Notes under the pieces: model-generated | Seen by the model: only the letters and a program-made list of their open reading frames with translations | Databases searched by the model: none | Told to the model about the DNA's origin: nothing | Shown: positions 9,570-24,154 of the stretch, one piece after another | Layout of the letters: each line of letters starts with the position of its first letter | How positions within the stretch are numbered: position 1 is the stretch's first letter | Assembly: GCA_963755125.1 (NCBI GenBank) | Contig: CAVWIP010000002.1 | Coordinates: forward strand, 175,944-239,943 | DNA length: 64,000 bases | DNA from: an uncultured delta proteobacterium | Lineage (GTDB): Bacteria > Myxococcota_A > Polyangia > Fen-1088 | Direction of reading: 5' to 3' | Translations under genes and position numbers: made by a program

Positions 9570-10505
9570 GTGTTCGATCATTTGCCTGCCGACGTCTTGC
9601 TCTTTGAAGTGGGGCCGCGCGACGGCCTGCAGAACGAGACCCGCCTGGTGGCGACCGCCGACAAGGTCGCGCTCATTGACGCGCTCACGGACTGTGGTCT
9701 GCGCGCCATCGAGATCGCGAGCTTCGTCAACCCGCAATGGGTCCCGCAACTGTCCGATGCCGGCGAGGTGGCGCGGCAGGTTGTGCGCCGCTCAGGCATC
9801 ATCTACTCGGCACTGGTGCCGAACCCGCAGGGCCTGGCTGCGGCCCAGGCGGCAGCCATGCCGGAGATCGCCGTGTTCATTTCCGCTTCCGAAAGCCACA
9901 ACCGCAAGAACGTGAACAAGAGCATCGCGGACACCTTGCGGGTTCTTGAGGAAATCGTGCCCAACGCGCGTCGAGCCGGCATGCGCGTTCGCGGTTACGT
10001 CTCGACGGTGTACGGCTGCCCCTACGAGGGTGCGGTGAACCCAGCCAGGGCGGTGGCGTTGGTGGCCGCCCTGCGCACAGCCGGTTGCTACCAGGTTTCC
10101 CTGGGCGACACCATTGGCGTGGCCAACCCGCGCCAGGTGCGTGACGTCCTCGCGCTGGTCTTGGCGGAAATCCCGAGTGAGGCCGTGGCGGTGCACTTTC
10201 ACGACACGCGCGGCACTGCGCTGGCCAACATCCTGGTGGCGCTGGAAATGGGCATCACCACCATGGACACGGCGCTGGGCGGGCTGGGCGGCTGCCCGTT
10301 CGCGCCCGGCGCCTCAGGCAACGTGGCCACCGAGGACGCGGTGAACATGCTGGAGGGAATGGGAGTGAAGACCGGAGTCCAACTCGACAAGCTGATCGAT
10401 TGTTCTCGTCTGGCGGCCAGCCTGGTGGGACACGAGATGCCGTCCCGCTACTATCGCGCGGCGATAGGCTCGCGTTTGCACGCGGGCGGGGGAAGCAGAG
10501 CGTAG
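9570..10505 (+). CDS. Hydroxymethylglutaryl-CoA lyase
   Basis: EVGPRDGLQNE, HFHDTRG, GLGGCPFAPGASGNVATED. Start GTG 9570 chosen to avoid overlap with the HAD gene. Confidence 0.92.
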   Translation: MFDHLPADVLLFEVGPRDGLQNETRLVATADKVALIDALTDCGLRAIEIASFVNPQWVPQLSDAGEVARQVVRRSGIIYSALVPNPQGLAAAQAAAMPEIAVFISASESHNRKNVNKSIADTLRVLEEIVPNARRAGMRVRGYVSTVYGCPYEGAVNPARAVALVAALRTAGCYQVSLGDTIGVANPRQVRDVLALVLAEIPSEAVAVHFHDTRGTALANILVALEMGITTMDTALGGLGGCPFAPGASGNVATEDAVNMLEGMGVKTGVQLDKLIDCSRLAASLVGHEMPSRYYRAAIGSRLHAGGGSRA

Positions 10506-10517
10506 GCGGCAGCCAAT

Positions 10518-10739
10518 TCAACCTGGCTTGGAAAGTACCTTCGAGGCCCACTCTTCGTTGAGATGGTTGGCTTCCTCGATCGAGCGGTGCCTGTCCAGCC
10601 CGGGCGGAAAACGCACGGGGCAGAGGCGGGCAGAGAGATCCCATACGGACGCGATGGTTGGCCAGGGCTGAGGGTCGTCTCGGTCGAGCCAAACGGTGCC
10701 CTCCATCTCTGCGGCTGATCGGAATCGGCGGATCGGCAT
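10518..10739 (-). CDS. Small hypothetical protein (73 aa)
   Basis: ATG 1 bp after the aroC stop and fills the gap; internal near-repeat RFRSAAEM / RHRSIEEA. Confidence 0.6.
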   Translation of the reverse strand: MPIRRFRSAAEMEGTVWLDRDDPQPWPTIASVWDLSARLCPVRFPPGLDRHRSIEEANHLNEEWASKVLSKPG

Positions 10740-10740
10740 T

Positions 10741-11820
10741 CTATCCCACCAAAGCCCGCTGGCGCAGCAAGTGATCGGCCAGCACCAGGGCCATCATGGC
10801 TTCGACGATGGGCACTGCGCGCGGGAGCACGCAGGGGTCGTGACGACCGCGGGGCTGCAGCAGCGTGGGATTGCCGTCGACGTCCACGGTTTCCTGTTCG
10901 CGCAGGATGGTGGCCACGGGCTTGAAGGCAGCTCGCACGATGATGTCCTCGCCGTTGGAGATGCCGCCCTGGATGCCGCCGGAGCGGTTGCTGCGGGTGC
11001 GGACGCGGCCGTTCTCCGAATAGAAGATGTCATTGTGCTCGGAACCATGCAGGCGCGTGCCGGCGAAGCCGCTGCCCACCTCGAAGCCTTTGCATGCCGG
11101 GATCGACAGCAGCGCCTTGCCCATGTCCGCGTGTAACTTGTCGAACACCGGCTCGCCCAGCCCTGCGGGCACGTGGCGCGCCACCGCTTCGATCACGCCG
11201 CCCAGAGAATCGCCGTCGGCGCGGGCCTGATCGATGAGCGCGATCATCTGGTCGGCGACGGCCCCATCCGGGCAGCGCACGATGTTCGCATCCACATCTT
11301 TGCGCGTGACCTTGCTGGCATCCACCGCGGCGCTCAGGTTGTTCACCTGGGTCACATAGGCCACGATTTCGATCTGGGATTGCTCGACCAGCAGCTTGCG
11401 CGCGATGGCGCCGCTGGCGACGCGACCGATGGTCTCGCGCGCGCTGGCCCGGCCGCCGCCCGCGGAGGCGCGAACCCCGTACTTGGCCTGGTAGGTGTAG
11501 TCAGCGTGGGACGGGCGAAAGGCACGCTGGACCTCCTGGTAGTCGCCGGATCGCGCGTCGGCGTTGCGCACCAGCAAGGCGATGGGCGAGCCCAGGGTCA
11601 CGCCGTCGTGCACGCCCGAGAGAATCGCGACCGCATCCGCTTCATCGCGGCGGGTGGTGATGCGGCTTTGGCCGGGACGGCGCCGGTCCAGCTCGACCTG
11701 GATTTCTTCCGCGGTGATGGGCACACGCGGCGGGCAGCCGTCCACCACGACTCCGATTGCCGGGCCGTGCGACTCACCCCAGGTTGCGATTCGAAAGAGT
11801 TCTCCGAATGTGCTCGCCAC
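10741..11820 (-). CDS. aroC: Chorismate synthase
   Basis: [34 protein letters not shown]. Confidence 0.97.
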   Translation of the reverse strand: MASTFGELFRIATWGESHGPAIGVVVDGCPPRVPITAEEIQVELDRRRPGQSRITTRRDEADAVAILSGVHDGVTLGSPIALLVRNADARSGDYQEVQRAFRPSHADYTYQAKYGVRASAGGGRASARETIGRVASGAIARKLLVEQSQIEIVAYVTQVNNLSAAVDASKVTRKDVDANIVRCPDGAVADQMIALIDQARADGDSLGGVIEAVARHVPAGLGEPVFDKLHADMGKALLSIPACKGFEVGSGFAGTRLHGSEHNDIFYSENGRVRTRSNRSGGIQGGISNGEDIIVRAAFKPVATILREQETVDVDGNPTLLQPRGRHDPCVLPRAVPIVEAMMALVLADHLLRQRALVG

Positions 11821-11966
11821 AGTGATCGACAGGCTAGCACGACTCGCCCGCGAAGCCGTCGACGACGCGAAACCTTGCCGCGCCTCGCATCAGCGGAAAG
11901 TGCCTTTCGCATGCCGGTTGAGTTTTCTTGTGGAATTTCGCGCCAGTTTTATTCAACGTAGCGGCC

Positions 11967-13886
<1,920 letters not shown>

Positions 13887-13888
13887 CT

Positions 13889-15127
13889 CTACTTCGGCAT
13901 CAGTTCCGCGATGGTGATCGCGCCGATGCGGGCCCGGCGGGCTTCTTCCAGATCCTTGGTGAGTGCGACCAGCGCGGGCGAGGTGGTGCCGGGCGCGGCT
14001 TCCAGATCGGTCGAGCGGAACGCGGCCAGCACGTCCTGCAGGCTGATGGTGTCGGCGGCGCGGCCCGGGATGAAGCCTTCCTTGTCGCCTTGCACTTCCG
14101 CGAGCAGCCCCTGACCCTTGAGCCGAACTGCAACGCGATCGATGACCTCCACCGAAAGGCCGAATTCGCGGCTGAGAAATGCGCGGTCCACGCCCTTGCC
14201 GCCGCGCTGGTAGTCCGCCGCGACGAAAGCCAGGACCTGCGCGGCGACCAGCCCGTTGATGGGCTCGTCGTCGCGATGGCGTCGTTCCTCGGCCTCCAGC
14301 AGGCGCAGGTTCTGGATGGCGTTGGCGATCTCGGCGCCGCCCAGTACCACCCACCAGGAAACGTAGATCCACAAGAGGATGAGAGGCACCAGCGCCAGCG
14401 GGCCGTACACTCCGCTGTAGCTGGACAGCAGCATACCCTTGGCGAAATGCACGAATCCCCACTTCAACCCTTCCAGCGCGAAGCCCGTGACCAGGGTTCC
14501 CGCCAGGGCGGCGTACCAGCGCACGCGGATATTGGGCAGCATCCAGTTGACCAGAAAGAGCGCGCCGAACTGGATGGAGAGCGGCCCAAAGAAGCGCGCC
14601 AGCGGACCTGATCCGATGAGGCGTCCCGACCAGTAGAGGTACGCGCCCGCCAGCACCGGCAGCAGCGTGACCACCGGGTAGAAGATCAGGAACTTGCGGA
14701 ACCACGACCGCCGCGTGGTCACATGCCAGATGTCGTTGAAGGTATTCTCGACGGTGTCGTAGAGGAAGTAGCAGGTGGCCAGGGTGAAACCCAGACCCAG
14801 CCCGCCCGCTGCGCCGGTGGCGACCTTCTCCGAGAACGACGCGAGTTCGCTGACCACGTCGCCCATGTCAGGCAGAACCTGGGTCGAGATGAATTCCACC
14901 AGACGGGACCGCGCCTCGAGGTTGTGAGTCTGGCGCAGGGCCGCGAACACCAGCGCCAGCAGCGGGACCAAACCGAGGGTGGTTTGATAGGTGAGCGCCG
15001 CCGCCTGCTGCGGGCAGCGATCGCGCACCCATTGCTTGATGATGCGCAGGCCGAGGCGGGCCAGGTACAGGCCGGCGCGCGCCCGCCGCGACAGCATGGC
15101 CGCCACTTCGTGGGAGGGCGCGGTCAT
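13889..15127 (-). CDS. YihY/BrkB family inner membrane protein with C-terminal winged-helix (Rrf2-like) extension
   Basis: AAALTYQTTLGLVP, FNDIW, YSGVYGPLALVP...GAEIA, then a soluble wHTH-like tail. Start uncertain (15098-15160). Confidence 0.85.
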   Translation of the reverse strand: MTAPSHEVAAMLSRRARAGLYLARLGLRIIKQWVRDRCPQQAAALTYQTTLGLVPLLALVFAALRQTHNLEARSRLVEFISTQVLPDMGDVVSELASFSEKVATGAAGGLGLGFTLATCYFLYDTVENTFNDIWHVTTRRSWFRKFLIFYPVVTLLPVLAGAYLYWSGRLIGSGPLARFFGPLSIQFGALFLVNWMLPNIRVRWYAALAGTLVTGFALEGLKWGFVHFAKGMLLSSYSGVYGPLALVPLILLWIYVSWWVVLGGAEIANAIQNLRLLEAEERRHRDDEPINGLVAAQVLAFVAADYQRGGKGVDRAFLSREFGLSVEVIDRVAVRLKGQGLLAEVQGDKEGFIPGRAADTISLQDVLAAFRSTDLEAAPGTTSPALVALTKDLEEARRARIGAITIAELMPK

Positions 15128-15211
15128 CGCGGTCCTGATGTGGCTAAGCGTCCGACGCATGCCCAGAGATAGTCCATCACGTCGCGGCCAGACACAACCC
15201 ACCCCTTTGTT

Positions 15212-16660
15212 CTACGTTTCCATCGCCCGCTTCCAGGCGGCGAATCCGCCGCCGGCGCGGGCGGCCTGGGCCGCGGCCAGACCTTCGGCGAAACCTCCCT
15301 GCGCAAGTCGGTGCTCGACCCATGCCCACTTGGGAGCGTCGCCGCTCAGGCGGGCGTGGCCGCGAAGCTTGCGCCGGAGAAAGGCCAGCTTTTCTTCGAG
15401 ACTGGCGATGTCCTCCAAGGGCTGATGGTCGAGCGGCGTGTTGCGCTTCGAAACGAAGGGTGAGACGGTGAGCGACAGCTTGGGCGCGAGAGCCGCCAGG
15501 TCCAGCGCCAGGCGTGCCAGCTCGTCGATGTCGGCCGCGGTTTCCCCGGGCAGGCCGATCAGCACGTACAGCTTGAGCAGCGCCATGCCGTGGTCGCGGC
15601 ACAGGCGGGCCGCGCGTAACAGATCCTCGACCCGGGTGTGGCGGTCGACCTGGTCGCGCAGGCGTTGCGACGCCCCGTCGGCCGCGGTGGTCATGGTCCG
15701 GTAGCCTCCGCGGGCCAGCAGTCCGACCAACTCGTCGTCGAGTCGATCGGCGCGCAAGCTGGATACGCCCACCTCGCGGTCCGCGTCGACCAGGGCGCGC
15801 AAGATTTCTGGCAGGGCAGGGTGGTCCGTCACCGCGGCACCCACCAGCCCCACCCGCCGCGCGTCGGCTGGAACGAGCGACAGCAAGCGTGCGGGCGCGA
15901 CCGGACGCATGCCCCGGCCGGCCGACCGGCGCAGCACGCAGTAGGAACAGCCTCGGCTGCACCCGCGCTCGGCCTCGATGAGAAACATGCCTGCGAGCTC
16001 GGTGTGTGGCGTGACGATTTGCGAGTAGGCTGGAAGGCAATCGTCGCTGGCGATCGCGACCTGCGGCGGCGCCTCTCCGTGCCGTGAGGGAACGTAGAGG
16101 CCCGGCTTTTGCGCCAGAACCTTGAGCAGGCTTTCGCGGTCGGATTGGTCGCGCAGGCTGTTCACCAAGATTGGCAGAAGTTCCTCGGCCTCGCCCGTCA
16201 CGATGACGTCGGCGAATGGGCCGACCGGCACTGGGTTGGAGAATGTCAGCGGGCCGCCGACTACCACCAGAGGGAAAGTCCGCGCGTGCGCGGCGCGCTC
16301 GGCGTGCAGCGCGGGAATTCCGGCAAGATCCAGGCAGGTCACTACGCTGGCCAGTTCAAGCTCGGAAGCGAGCGAGAAGGCGACCACAGGAAAGTCGCCG
16401 ACGGGCCGGCCCGATTCGTAGGCGCAAAGCTCCTCGGAAAGTCGGTGCATCTCAGCGACGTCGTCGGGAAGGAAGGCGCGCTCTGCGGTGCAGCCAGGCA
16501 GAGCGTGCAAAGCACGGTAGATGCTCTGGAACCCCAGCGACGACATGCCCACGTGGTACGGGCTCGGATAGCACAGGGCGAAGGCCAGGTCGGCCTGCTT
16601 GTGCAAAGTTCCGGTCTCGTCGGCCAGTCGGCTGGCGCGAATCTCGCGAAACGGTGTCAC
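15212..16660 (-). CDS. Radical SAM protein of unknown function
   Basis: YPSPYHVGMSSLG N-terminus, RGCSRGCSYC (CX3CX2C), LKLYVLIGLPGET. Confidence 0.88.
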   Translation of the reverse strand: MTPFREIRASRLADETGTLHKQADLAFALCYPSPYHVGMSSLGFQSIYRALHALPGCTAERAFLPDDVAEMHRLSEELCAYESGRPVGDFPVVAFSLASELELASVVTCLDLAGIPALHAERAAHARTFPLVVVGGPLTFSNPVPVGPFADVIVTGEAEELLPILVNSLRDQSDRESLLKVLAQKPGLYVPSRHGEAPPQVAIASDDCLPAYSQIVTPHTELAGMFLIEAERGCSRGCSYCVLRRSAGRGMRPVAPARLLSLVPADARRVGLVGAAVTDHPALPEILRALVDADREVGVSSLRADRLDDELVGLLARGGYRTMTTAADGASQRLRDQVDRHTRVEDLLRAARLCRDHGMALLKLYVLIGLPGETAADIDELARLALDLAALAPKLSLTVSPFVSKRNTPLDHQPLEDIASLEEKLAFLRRKLRGHARLSGDAPKWAWVEHRLAQGGFAEGLAAAQAARAGGGFAAWKRAMET

Positions 16661-16678
16661 CGGGACACGCGCGCGCGG

Positions 16679-19483
16679 CTACTTGATGGGCGCGCCATCG
16701 AGATCTCGCAACTCCATCTCGCCGAGTCGTCGCAGCGAAGGTTCGATGCTGGTGCGGTCGCCCACCACCACGATGACCAGGTTGTCGGGGCGCAGGTACT
16801 TTTGCGCCGCCTTGCGTACATCCGCGGCGGTGACGGCTGCGATGCGGGCGGAGAAAGTCTGCAGCTCTTTGTCCGGCAAGTCGTAGACAGCCAGCGCGGC
16901 CATTTGCGCGGCCACCTGGTTGGCCGTAGCGAAGCGCGCGGGGAAGGCGCGAATGATCTCGTCCTTGGTATCCTTCAGTTCCCTGCCGCCGACCTCGTCG
17001 CCGCGCAGGGCGGAAATCTCCTTCAGGATCTCGGTCACGGACTCGGCGGTGTGGCTGGTCACGAACTCGCCGCCCGTGGTCCAGGGTCCGGGTGCGCGCC
17101 GCGCCTCGAACATGGATGCGACCCCATAGGTCCAGCCCTTGGTCTCGCGCAAATTGAGCGTCAGTCGCTTGAAAGTCCCTCCCAGGATCTGGTTCATGAC
17201 CAGGGCCCGGTAGTAGTCGGGGTTCTTGCGTTCGATGCCGACCAAGCCCAGTCGAATCGACGACTGGGGAGCGCCGGCCTTGTCCACCAGGAAGATCCGC
17301 GTCTTCTCGACCGGTGGCGCCTTGGGGATCTTGACCGCCGGTATCGGCTTGGGTTTCCAGCCGGCGAGCCGTTTTTCCATCTTGGCGCGCAGTTCGGCTT
17401 CCTGGATGTCGCCCGCCACCACCAGCACGGCGTTGTTGGGTCGATAGTACTTCTGGAAGAAGGCTTGAACGTCGCTGCGGGTGATCCGGCGCACTGATTC
17501 TTCAGTGCCACCGGTGGGCCAGCCGTAGGGATGACCCTCGCCGTACAGGGCGCGAGCGAAGACCACGCCGGCAACCAGGGGCGGCGAGTCCTTGCGCCGG
17601 GCCAGGGTGGAGAGCAAATTCTCGCGCACCCGCGCCAGATCGTCCTCGGAGAAGGCGGGCTGCAAGAGAACGTCCGCCCACACGTCGAGCGCGCGGTCGA
17701 TGTTTTCGGTGAGCGCTGAAACCGACAGCGAGGACGCATCCCAGGTCGCGTTGGTCGAAAGCGTGGCCCCCAGTTGCGCGATCTCCTCGGCGATCTCGGT
17801 GGCGCTGCGGGTGGCGGTTCCCTCGTCGAGCATGTCCGCCACCAGATCGGCCAGGCCGGCCCGGTCCGGCGGATTCGCGCCGTTTCCGGTGCGTACCACC
17901 ATCTCCACCCCGACCAGAGGCAGCTTGTGCGACTCGGCCAGGATCACGCGCAGGCCGTTCTTCAGGCGGAAATGCTTGACCTCCGGCACCTTGAACGGGG
18001 GCCTCTCGCCGGGGGCAGGAAGCTTTTGGCGAAATTCGGCGTCCGGGGTCTGGCGCGCCGTCGGTCCTTCCACGACGGGAGCAGCAGTGACTGGCCGGTC
18101 ATTGCCGCTCGCAGGCTTCACCAGGCGGCCCATGATGGGTGCGCTGCCGTTGGGCTCGACGTCGACGGTCACGCGCGCCTGGTTGTGCAAGATCTGGGCG
18201 GCCCATTTCTGCAAGACCTCCGGCGTGGCTGCCTCGTATCGGCCAAGGTCGCGGCCCAGGTAATCCGGATCGCCGGCGAACACGTCGTAGGCGAGGAGGC
18301 GGCCGGCGAGTCCTTGCAGCGTGTCCAGGCCGCGCACCAGATCGGTCTTGATCTCGTTGCGTGCGCGCTCCAGTTCGGCGGCTTCGACCGGCTTGCTGCG
18401 AAGATCTTCCAACTCTTGGTTGATGACGGTTTCCAGCTCAGCCAGCGTGTGTTCCTGCAGGGGAACATAGGTGATCTCAAAGGTTCCGCCCAGCATCCGG
18501 CTGATGTGCGCAGCGTTCACGGATTGCGCAATCTTCAGTTCGAGAACCAGACGGCGATAGAGGCGCGAGCTCTTGCCGCCGCCCAGCACGTTGGCGAGCA
18601 GATCCAATTCGGCGTCGCCTGGCGCAAAGTAGGACACCGTGTTCCATGCCTGCAGGCCGCGCGCCAGGTTGACCTTGGCCTCCATGGCGATGCGGCGCTC
18701 GGCCGTGGGCGCAGAAATGGGAGGCACCACTTGTCGCCGCACCGGCGGTCCCGCCGGGATGGGACCGAAGTATTTTTCCACCAGGCCCTTGACTTGTGCG
18801 ACGTCGATATCGCCGGCGATGAGCAGCACGGCGTTGTTGGGCGCGTAGTAGCGGTCGAAGAACGCGCGGATGTCAGTCTCGCCGGCCGCGTCCAGATCCT
18901 TCATGGATCCCATCACTTCGTGGTGGTAGGGGTGGCCAGGCGGAAACAAGGCTTCCAACTCCACACGAGCCACGCCCCCGAGCGGCGCGTTCTCGATGCG
19001 CTGCCGGCGCTCGTTCTTCACGACGTCGCGCTGGTTTTCGAAGGCCGCGCGAAAAGAAGGCCGATCGAGGAGGAACCCCATGCGCGAACTCTCCAGCCAC
19101 AGCCCCAATTCCAGCTCGCTTGCCGGCAATGTCTCGAAGTAGTTGGTGCGATCGGTGCTGGTCGAGCCGTTGCGCGCCGATGCCCCGGCCTGGCCCAGGT
19201 ACTTGAAGTAGGCATCCTCGGGGATATGCTTGGTCCCCTGGAACATCATGTGCTCGAAGAGATGGGCGAACCCCGTCTTGCCCGGAGCCTCGTCCTTTGA
19301 CCCGACCTTGTACCAGACCTCGACGTGCACGATGGGCACCGCGTGGTCCACGTGCAAGATGACGTCGAGCCCGTTTTGCAACCGGTACTTTTCGAAGGCT
19401 GCCTCGGGCGTCGCGGCTCGGGCCGGCGGCGCCACGCAGAAGCAGAGCGCCAGGCCGGCTGCGATGCGTGAAAGGAAGGGCAT
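16679..19483 (-). CDS. Exported M16 (pitrilysin-family) zinc protease, fused two-half form
   Basis: Signal peptide MPFLSRIAAGLALCFCVAPPARA, inverted zinc motif GFAHLFEH, NGSTSTDRTNY; second half lacks HXXEH. Confidence 0.92.
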   Translation of the reverse strand: MPFLSRIAAGLALCFCVAPPARAATPEAAFEKYRLQNGLDVILHVDHAVPIVHVEVWYKVGSKDEAPGKTGFAHLFEHMMFQGTKHIPEDAYFKYLGQAGASARNGSTSTDRTNYFETLPASELELGLWLESSRMGFLLDRPSFRAAFENQRDVVKNERRQRIENAPLGGVARVELEALFPPGHPYHHEVMGSMKDLDAAGETDIRAFFDRYYAPNNAVLLIAGDIDVAQVKGLVEKYFGPIPAGPPVRRQVVPPISAPTAERRIAMEAKVNLARGLQAWNTVSYFAPGDAELDLLANVLGGGKSSRLYRRLVLELKIAQSVNAAHISRMLGGTFEITYVPLQEHTLAELETVINQELEDLRSKPVEAAELERARNEIKTDLVRGLDTLQGLAGRLLAYDVFAGDPDYLGRDLGRYEAATPEVLQKWAAQILHNQARVTVDVEPNGSAPIMGRLVKPASGNDRPVTAAPVVEGPTARQTPDAEFRQKLPAPGERPPFKVPEVKHFRLKNGLRVILAESHKLPLVGVEMVVRTGNGANPPDRAGLADLVADMLDEGTATRSATEIAEEIAQLGATLSTNATWDASSLSVSALTENIDRALDVWADVLLQPAFSEDDLARVRENLLSTLARRKDSPPLVAGVVFARALYGEGHPYGWPTGGTEESVRRITRSDVQAFFQKYYRPNNAVLVVAGDIQEAELRAKMEKRLAGWKPKPIPAVKIPKAPPVEKTRIFLVDKAGAPQSSIRLGLVGIERKNPDYYRALVMNQILGGTFKRLTLNLRETKGWTYGVASMFEARRAPGPWTTGGEFVTSHTAESVTEILKEISALRGDEVGGRELKDTKDEIIRAFPARFATANQVAAQMAALAVYDLPDKELQTFSARIAAVTAADVRKAAQKYLRPDNLVIVVVGDRTSIEPSLRRLGEMELRDLDGAPIK

Positions 19484-19671
19484 GGGAGGCAGCCTATCGC
19501 AAAAACGGCTGGGCCACGAAGACGCCAGACGTTTGGCGAGGACTTGGAGCACCCATGACGCCCAAATCGCATGGAAATTCCGACCGGAATAGGGGGTAAA
19601 CGAAGGATTCACCCTTCTCCACTTGATATGTCGGAGCGGTTGGGACTAATTTGCGCGCCCGGAGGAACTGC

Positions 19672-22116
<2,445 letters not shown>

Positions 22117-22253
22117 GCCGGTTCTGACGCTCGACCGTGCTGGTCCACCCGGCCGGCAGCGTATCCGGCGCGCGCAGGTCGCCGAGTCAGGACGAGCACT
22201 TGTCATTAGGTGGGTAGTCCACGCCCTGGCTCACGTGGTAGACGGTCTGGCTG

Positions 22254-22457
22254 ATGACAACCACGCCGGCTTTCGTTTGTTCTATGTGTCGCAAGCCCAT
22301 TGCCACGGGCGCCAAGGTGATTCGCTGTTCTGTCTCCACATGCAATTCGGGCAAGATCAAGCTGGTATTCTGCTCGCCGGGTTGCTGGGACTCGCATCTG
22401 CCCAACGCGCGCCATCGCAACGCCTATTTCGTCGAGGAAGTCGCCCGGCCGGAATAG
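22254..22457 (+). CDS. Small Cys/His zinc-finger protein (ZZ-like)
   Basis: C-x2-C-x12-C-x4-C-x9-C-x3-C-x3-H-x5-H in 67 aa; fills the intergenic gap. Confidence 0.75.
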   Translation: MTTTPAFVCSMCRKPIATGAKVIRCSVSTCNSGKIKLVFCSPGCWDSHLPNARHRNAYFVEEVARPE

Positions 22458-22529
22458 CCACTGTCTCCGTCATCGTGCCAGACGGCAGGTGACTCGTTCG
22501 GACTGCTTCGAGAGTAAGATAGCTGGTTC

Positions 22530-23501
22530 GTGCAACCGTCCTTCGCCCTTCTGACTTTGCAAGCCGTGTCGGTGCTGGTTGCACCGGGGCCGGAGGATGG
22601 CTGCCCGTCCGCACGCCAGGTGTCGGCTGCCCTGTCGGAACGTACGCCGGCCATGCAGAGAACGCGTGAAGCCGATTCAGACTCTGCTCTGACCCTGGTA
22701 TTGCCGGCGCCTGGAACGCCGCAAGAGCCAAGTGTCTCCCTCATCGACCAGCAGGGGAGGCTGCGCCTGTTCCGGACTTTGGCCAGGCCCGGCAGCGCGC
22801 GCGTGGGCGACTGCGCTGCGCTTGCTGACACCGTGGCCATCATCGTCCAGCGTTACCTCGAGGAAGTCGAGTTGCCCGAGCTGGAAGCAGGCCGCAAGAG
22901 TCCTGCGATCCAGGCGGCGCCGCCCGCGCCATCGCCTGCGCCGATGGTTGCCGCCTCCCCACTCCGCGCACGGGCCAGGTGGGACGTTGCTCTCGGTATA
23001 TCCCAGAGATTCTCCAGCCAGACAACCGGACTGGAAGCCTACGACCTGCGACTCTCGATCGCTCGTACGCTGGGCGCACGCGCCGATACCGGCCTCCTGG
23101 TCCGCCTGTGGGGCGGCGTTTCGGGCTGGACCCAATATGACTGGACCGGCGGTCGTGGCGAGGTGATTCGTGTTCCCTCAGGGCTGGAGATCATGTGGAG
23201 GCGCGCGGTATCGACCGTGGAGCTGCAGCTAGGTCTGGGAGGGCTGCTCGATTGCTGGATTCTCGGGGCCAGGTACCAGACGAAGGTGCAGTGGGATTCC
23301 CGCGTTGCGATCGCGGGTGCGTTGACCGGTGGCATGCAAGTCCCTCTGGGCAAGCGGCTTTTTGCCCGTCTATTCATCGATCTCGCCGCAGCCGCATTGC
23401 ACTATGAGTACAACAACCCAACCGTGGACAGGCGAACTGTATTTTCAACTCCTGGCGTCTTCGGTGACGCGGGACTAGCTTTAGGCATGTCGCTTCGGTG
23501 A
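22530..23501 (+). CDS. Exported hypothetical protein with beta-strand-rich C-terminus (first gene of the ECF cassette)
   Basis: Signal-like N-terminus, CPS...C pair, Pro-rich linker, amphipathic beta strands. Confidence 0.65.
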   Translation: MQPSFALLTLQAVSVLVAPGPEDGCPSARQVSAALSERTPAMQRTREADSDSALTLVLPAPGTPQEPSVSLIDQQGRLRLFRTLARPGSARVGDCAALADTVAIIVQRYLEEVELPELEAGRKSPAIQAAPPAPSPAPMVAASPLRARARWDVALGISQRFSSQTTGLEAYDLRLSIARTLGARADTGLLVRLWGGVSGWTQYDWTGGRGEVIRVPSGLEIMWRRAVSTVELQLGLGGLLDCWILGARYQTKVQWDSRVAIAGALTGGMQVPLGKRLFARLFIDLAAAALHYEYNNPTVDRRTVFSTPGVFGDAGLALGMSLR

Positions 23502-23560
23502 CGAAGGAGATGGACTAGGAGCACTAACTGTACAGCAAGGGAAGCCTGTCAGGAACCGTC

Positions 23561-24154
23561 GTGTCGCCGGTGAACATGAACCAACAGAATTCTGCAGGAA
23601 GCCGTAAACCAAAGCCTGTCGCAGAAGATCAGGCGCTGGTGGAACGTGTTCGCAATGGGGACGCCCTCGCGTGGCGCTCTCTCTATGAGCGCTTCTCGCA
23701 ACCGGTGTTCCGCTTTGTCAGTGCGCTTGGCGTGCCTCCCGAGGAACGTGAGGACGCCGCTCAGGACGTGTTCGTCGCGGTCTACCGCGGGCTGAAGGGG
23801 TTCCGTGGGGAGGCGCAGCTATCGACCTGGATCTATCGCATCGCCGCGCGCCACGCCTCCCACCTGGGCCGGCGGCGACGCATGCGATCGTTTTTGTCGC
23901 TTCTGCCCTGGCATGAGACCGAAATCGAACCCCAGCCCGACCCGGTTGAAAGGGCATCCGAGTTGCGGCTGCTCGACCGGCTGCTGGACAAGCTGTCACC
24001 CAAGAAACGCATGGTCATTGTCCTCTTCGAGATCGAAGGGTTGGGCGTGAATGAAATCGCCAACGTGATGGGATGTCCCCCCAATACGGTCTGGTCCCGG
24101 CTGCGCCACGCCCGGGCGGAACTCGTCAAGGCGGCGCGGAGGATACCGACATGA
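23561..24154 (+). CDS. ECF RNA polymerase sigma factor
   Basis: EDAAQDVF, FRGEAQLSTWIYRIA (region 2); EIANVMGCPPNTVWSRLRHAR (region 4). Confidence 0.92.
   Translation: MSPVNMNQQNSAGSRKPKPVAEDQALVERVRNGDALAWRSLYERFSQPVFRFVSALGVPPEEREDAAQDVFVAVYRGLKGFRGEAQLSTWIYRIAARHASHLGRRRRMRSFLSLLPWHETEIEPQPDPVERASELRLLDRLLDKLSPKKRMVIVLFEIEGLGVNEIANVMGCPPNTVWSRLRHARAELVKAARRIPT

Noticed and set aside
19576..19655. Riboswitch or sigma54 promoter upstream of hppA
   Set aside because: The TCCGAC/GTCGGA stem overlaps a likely sigma70 promoter (TTGATA-N18-TAATTT) and matches no riboswitch consensus I can recognise; the GG...GC spacing is 9, not 10.
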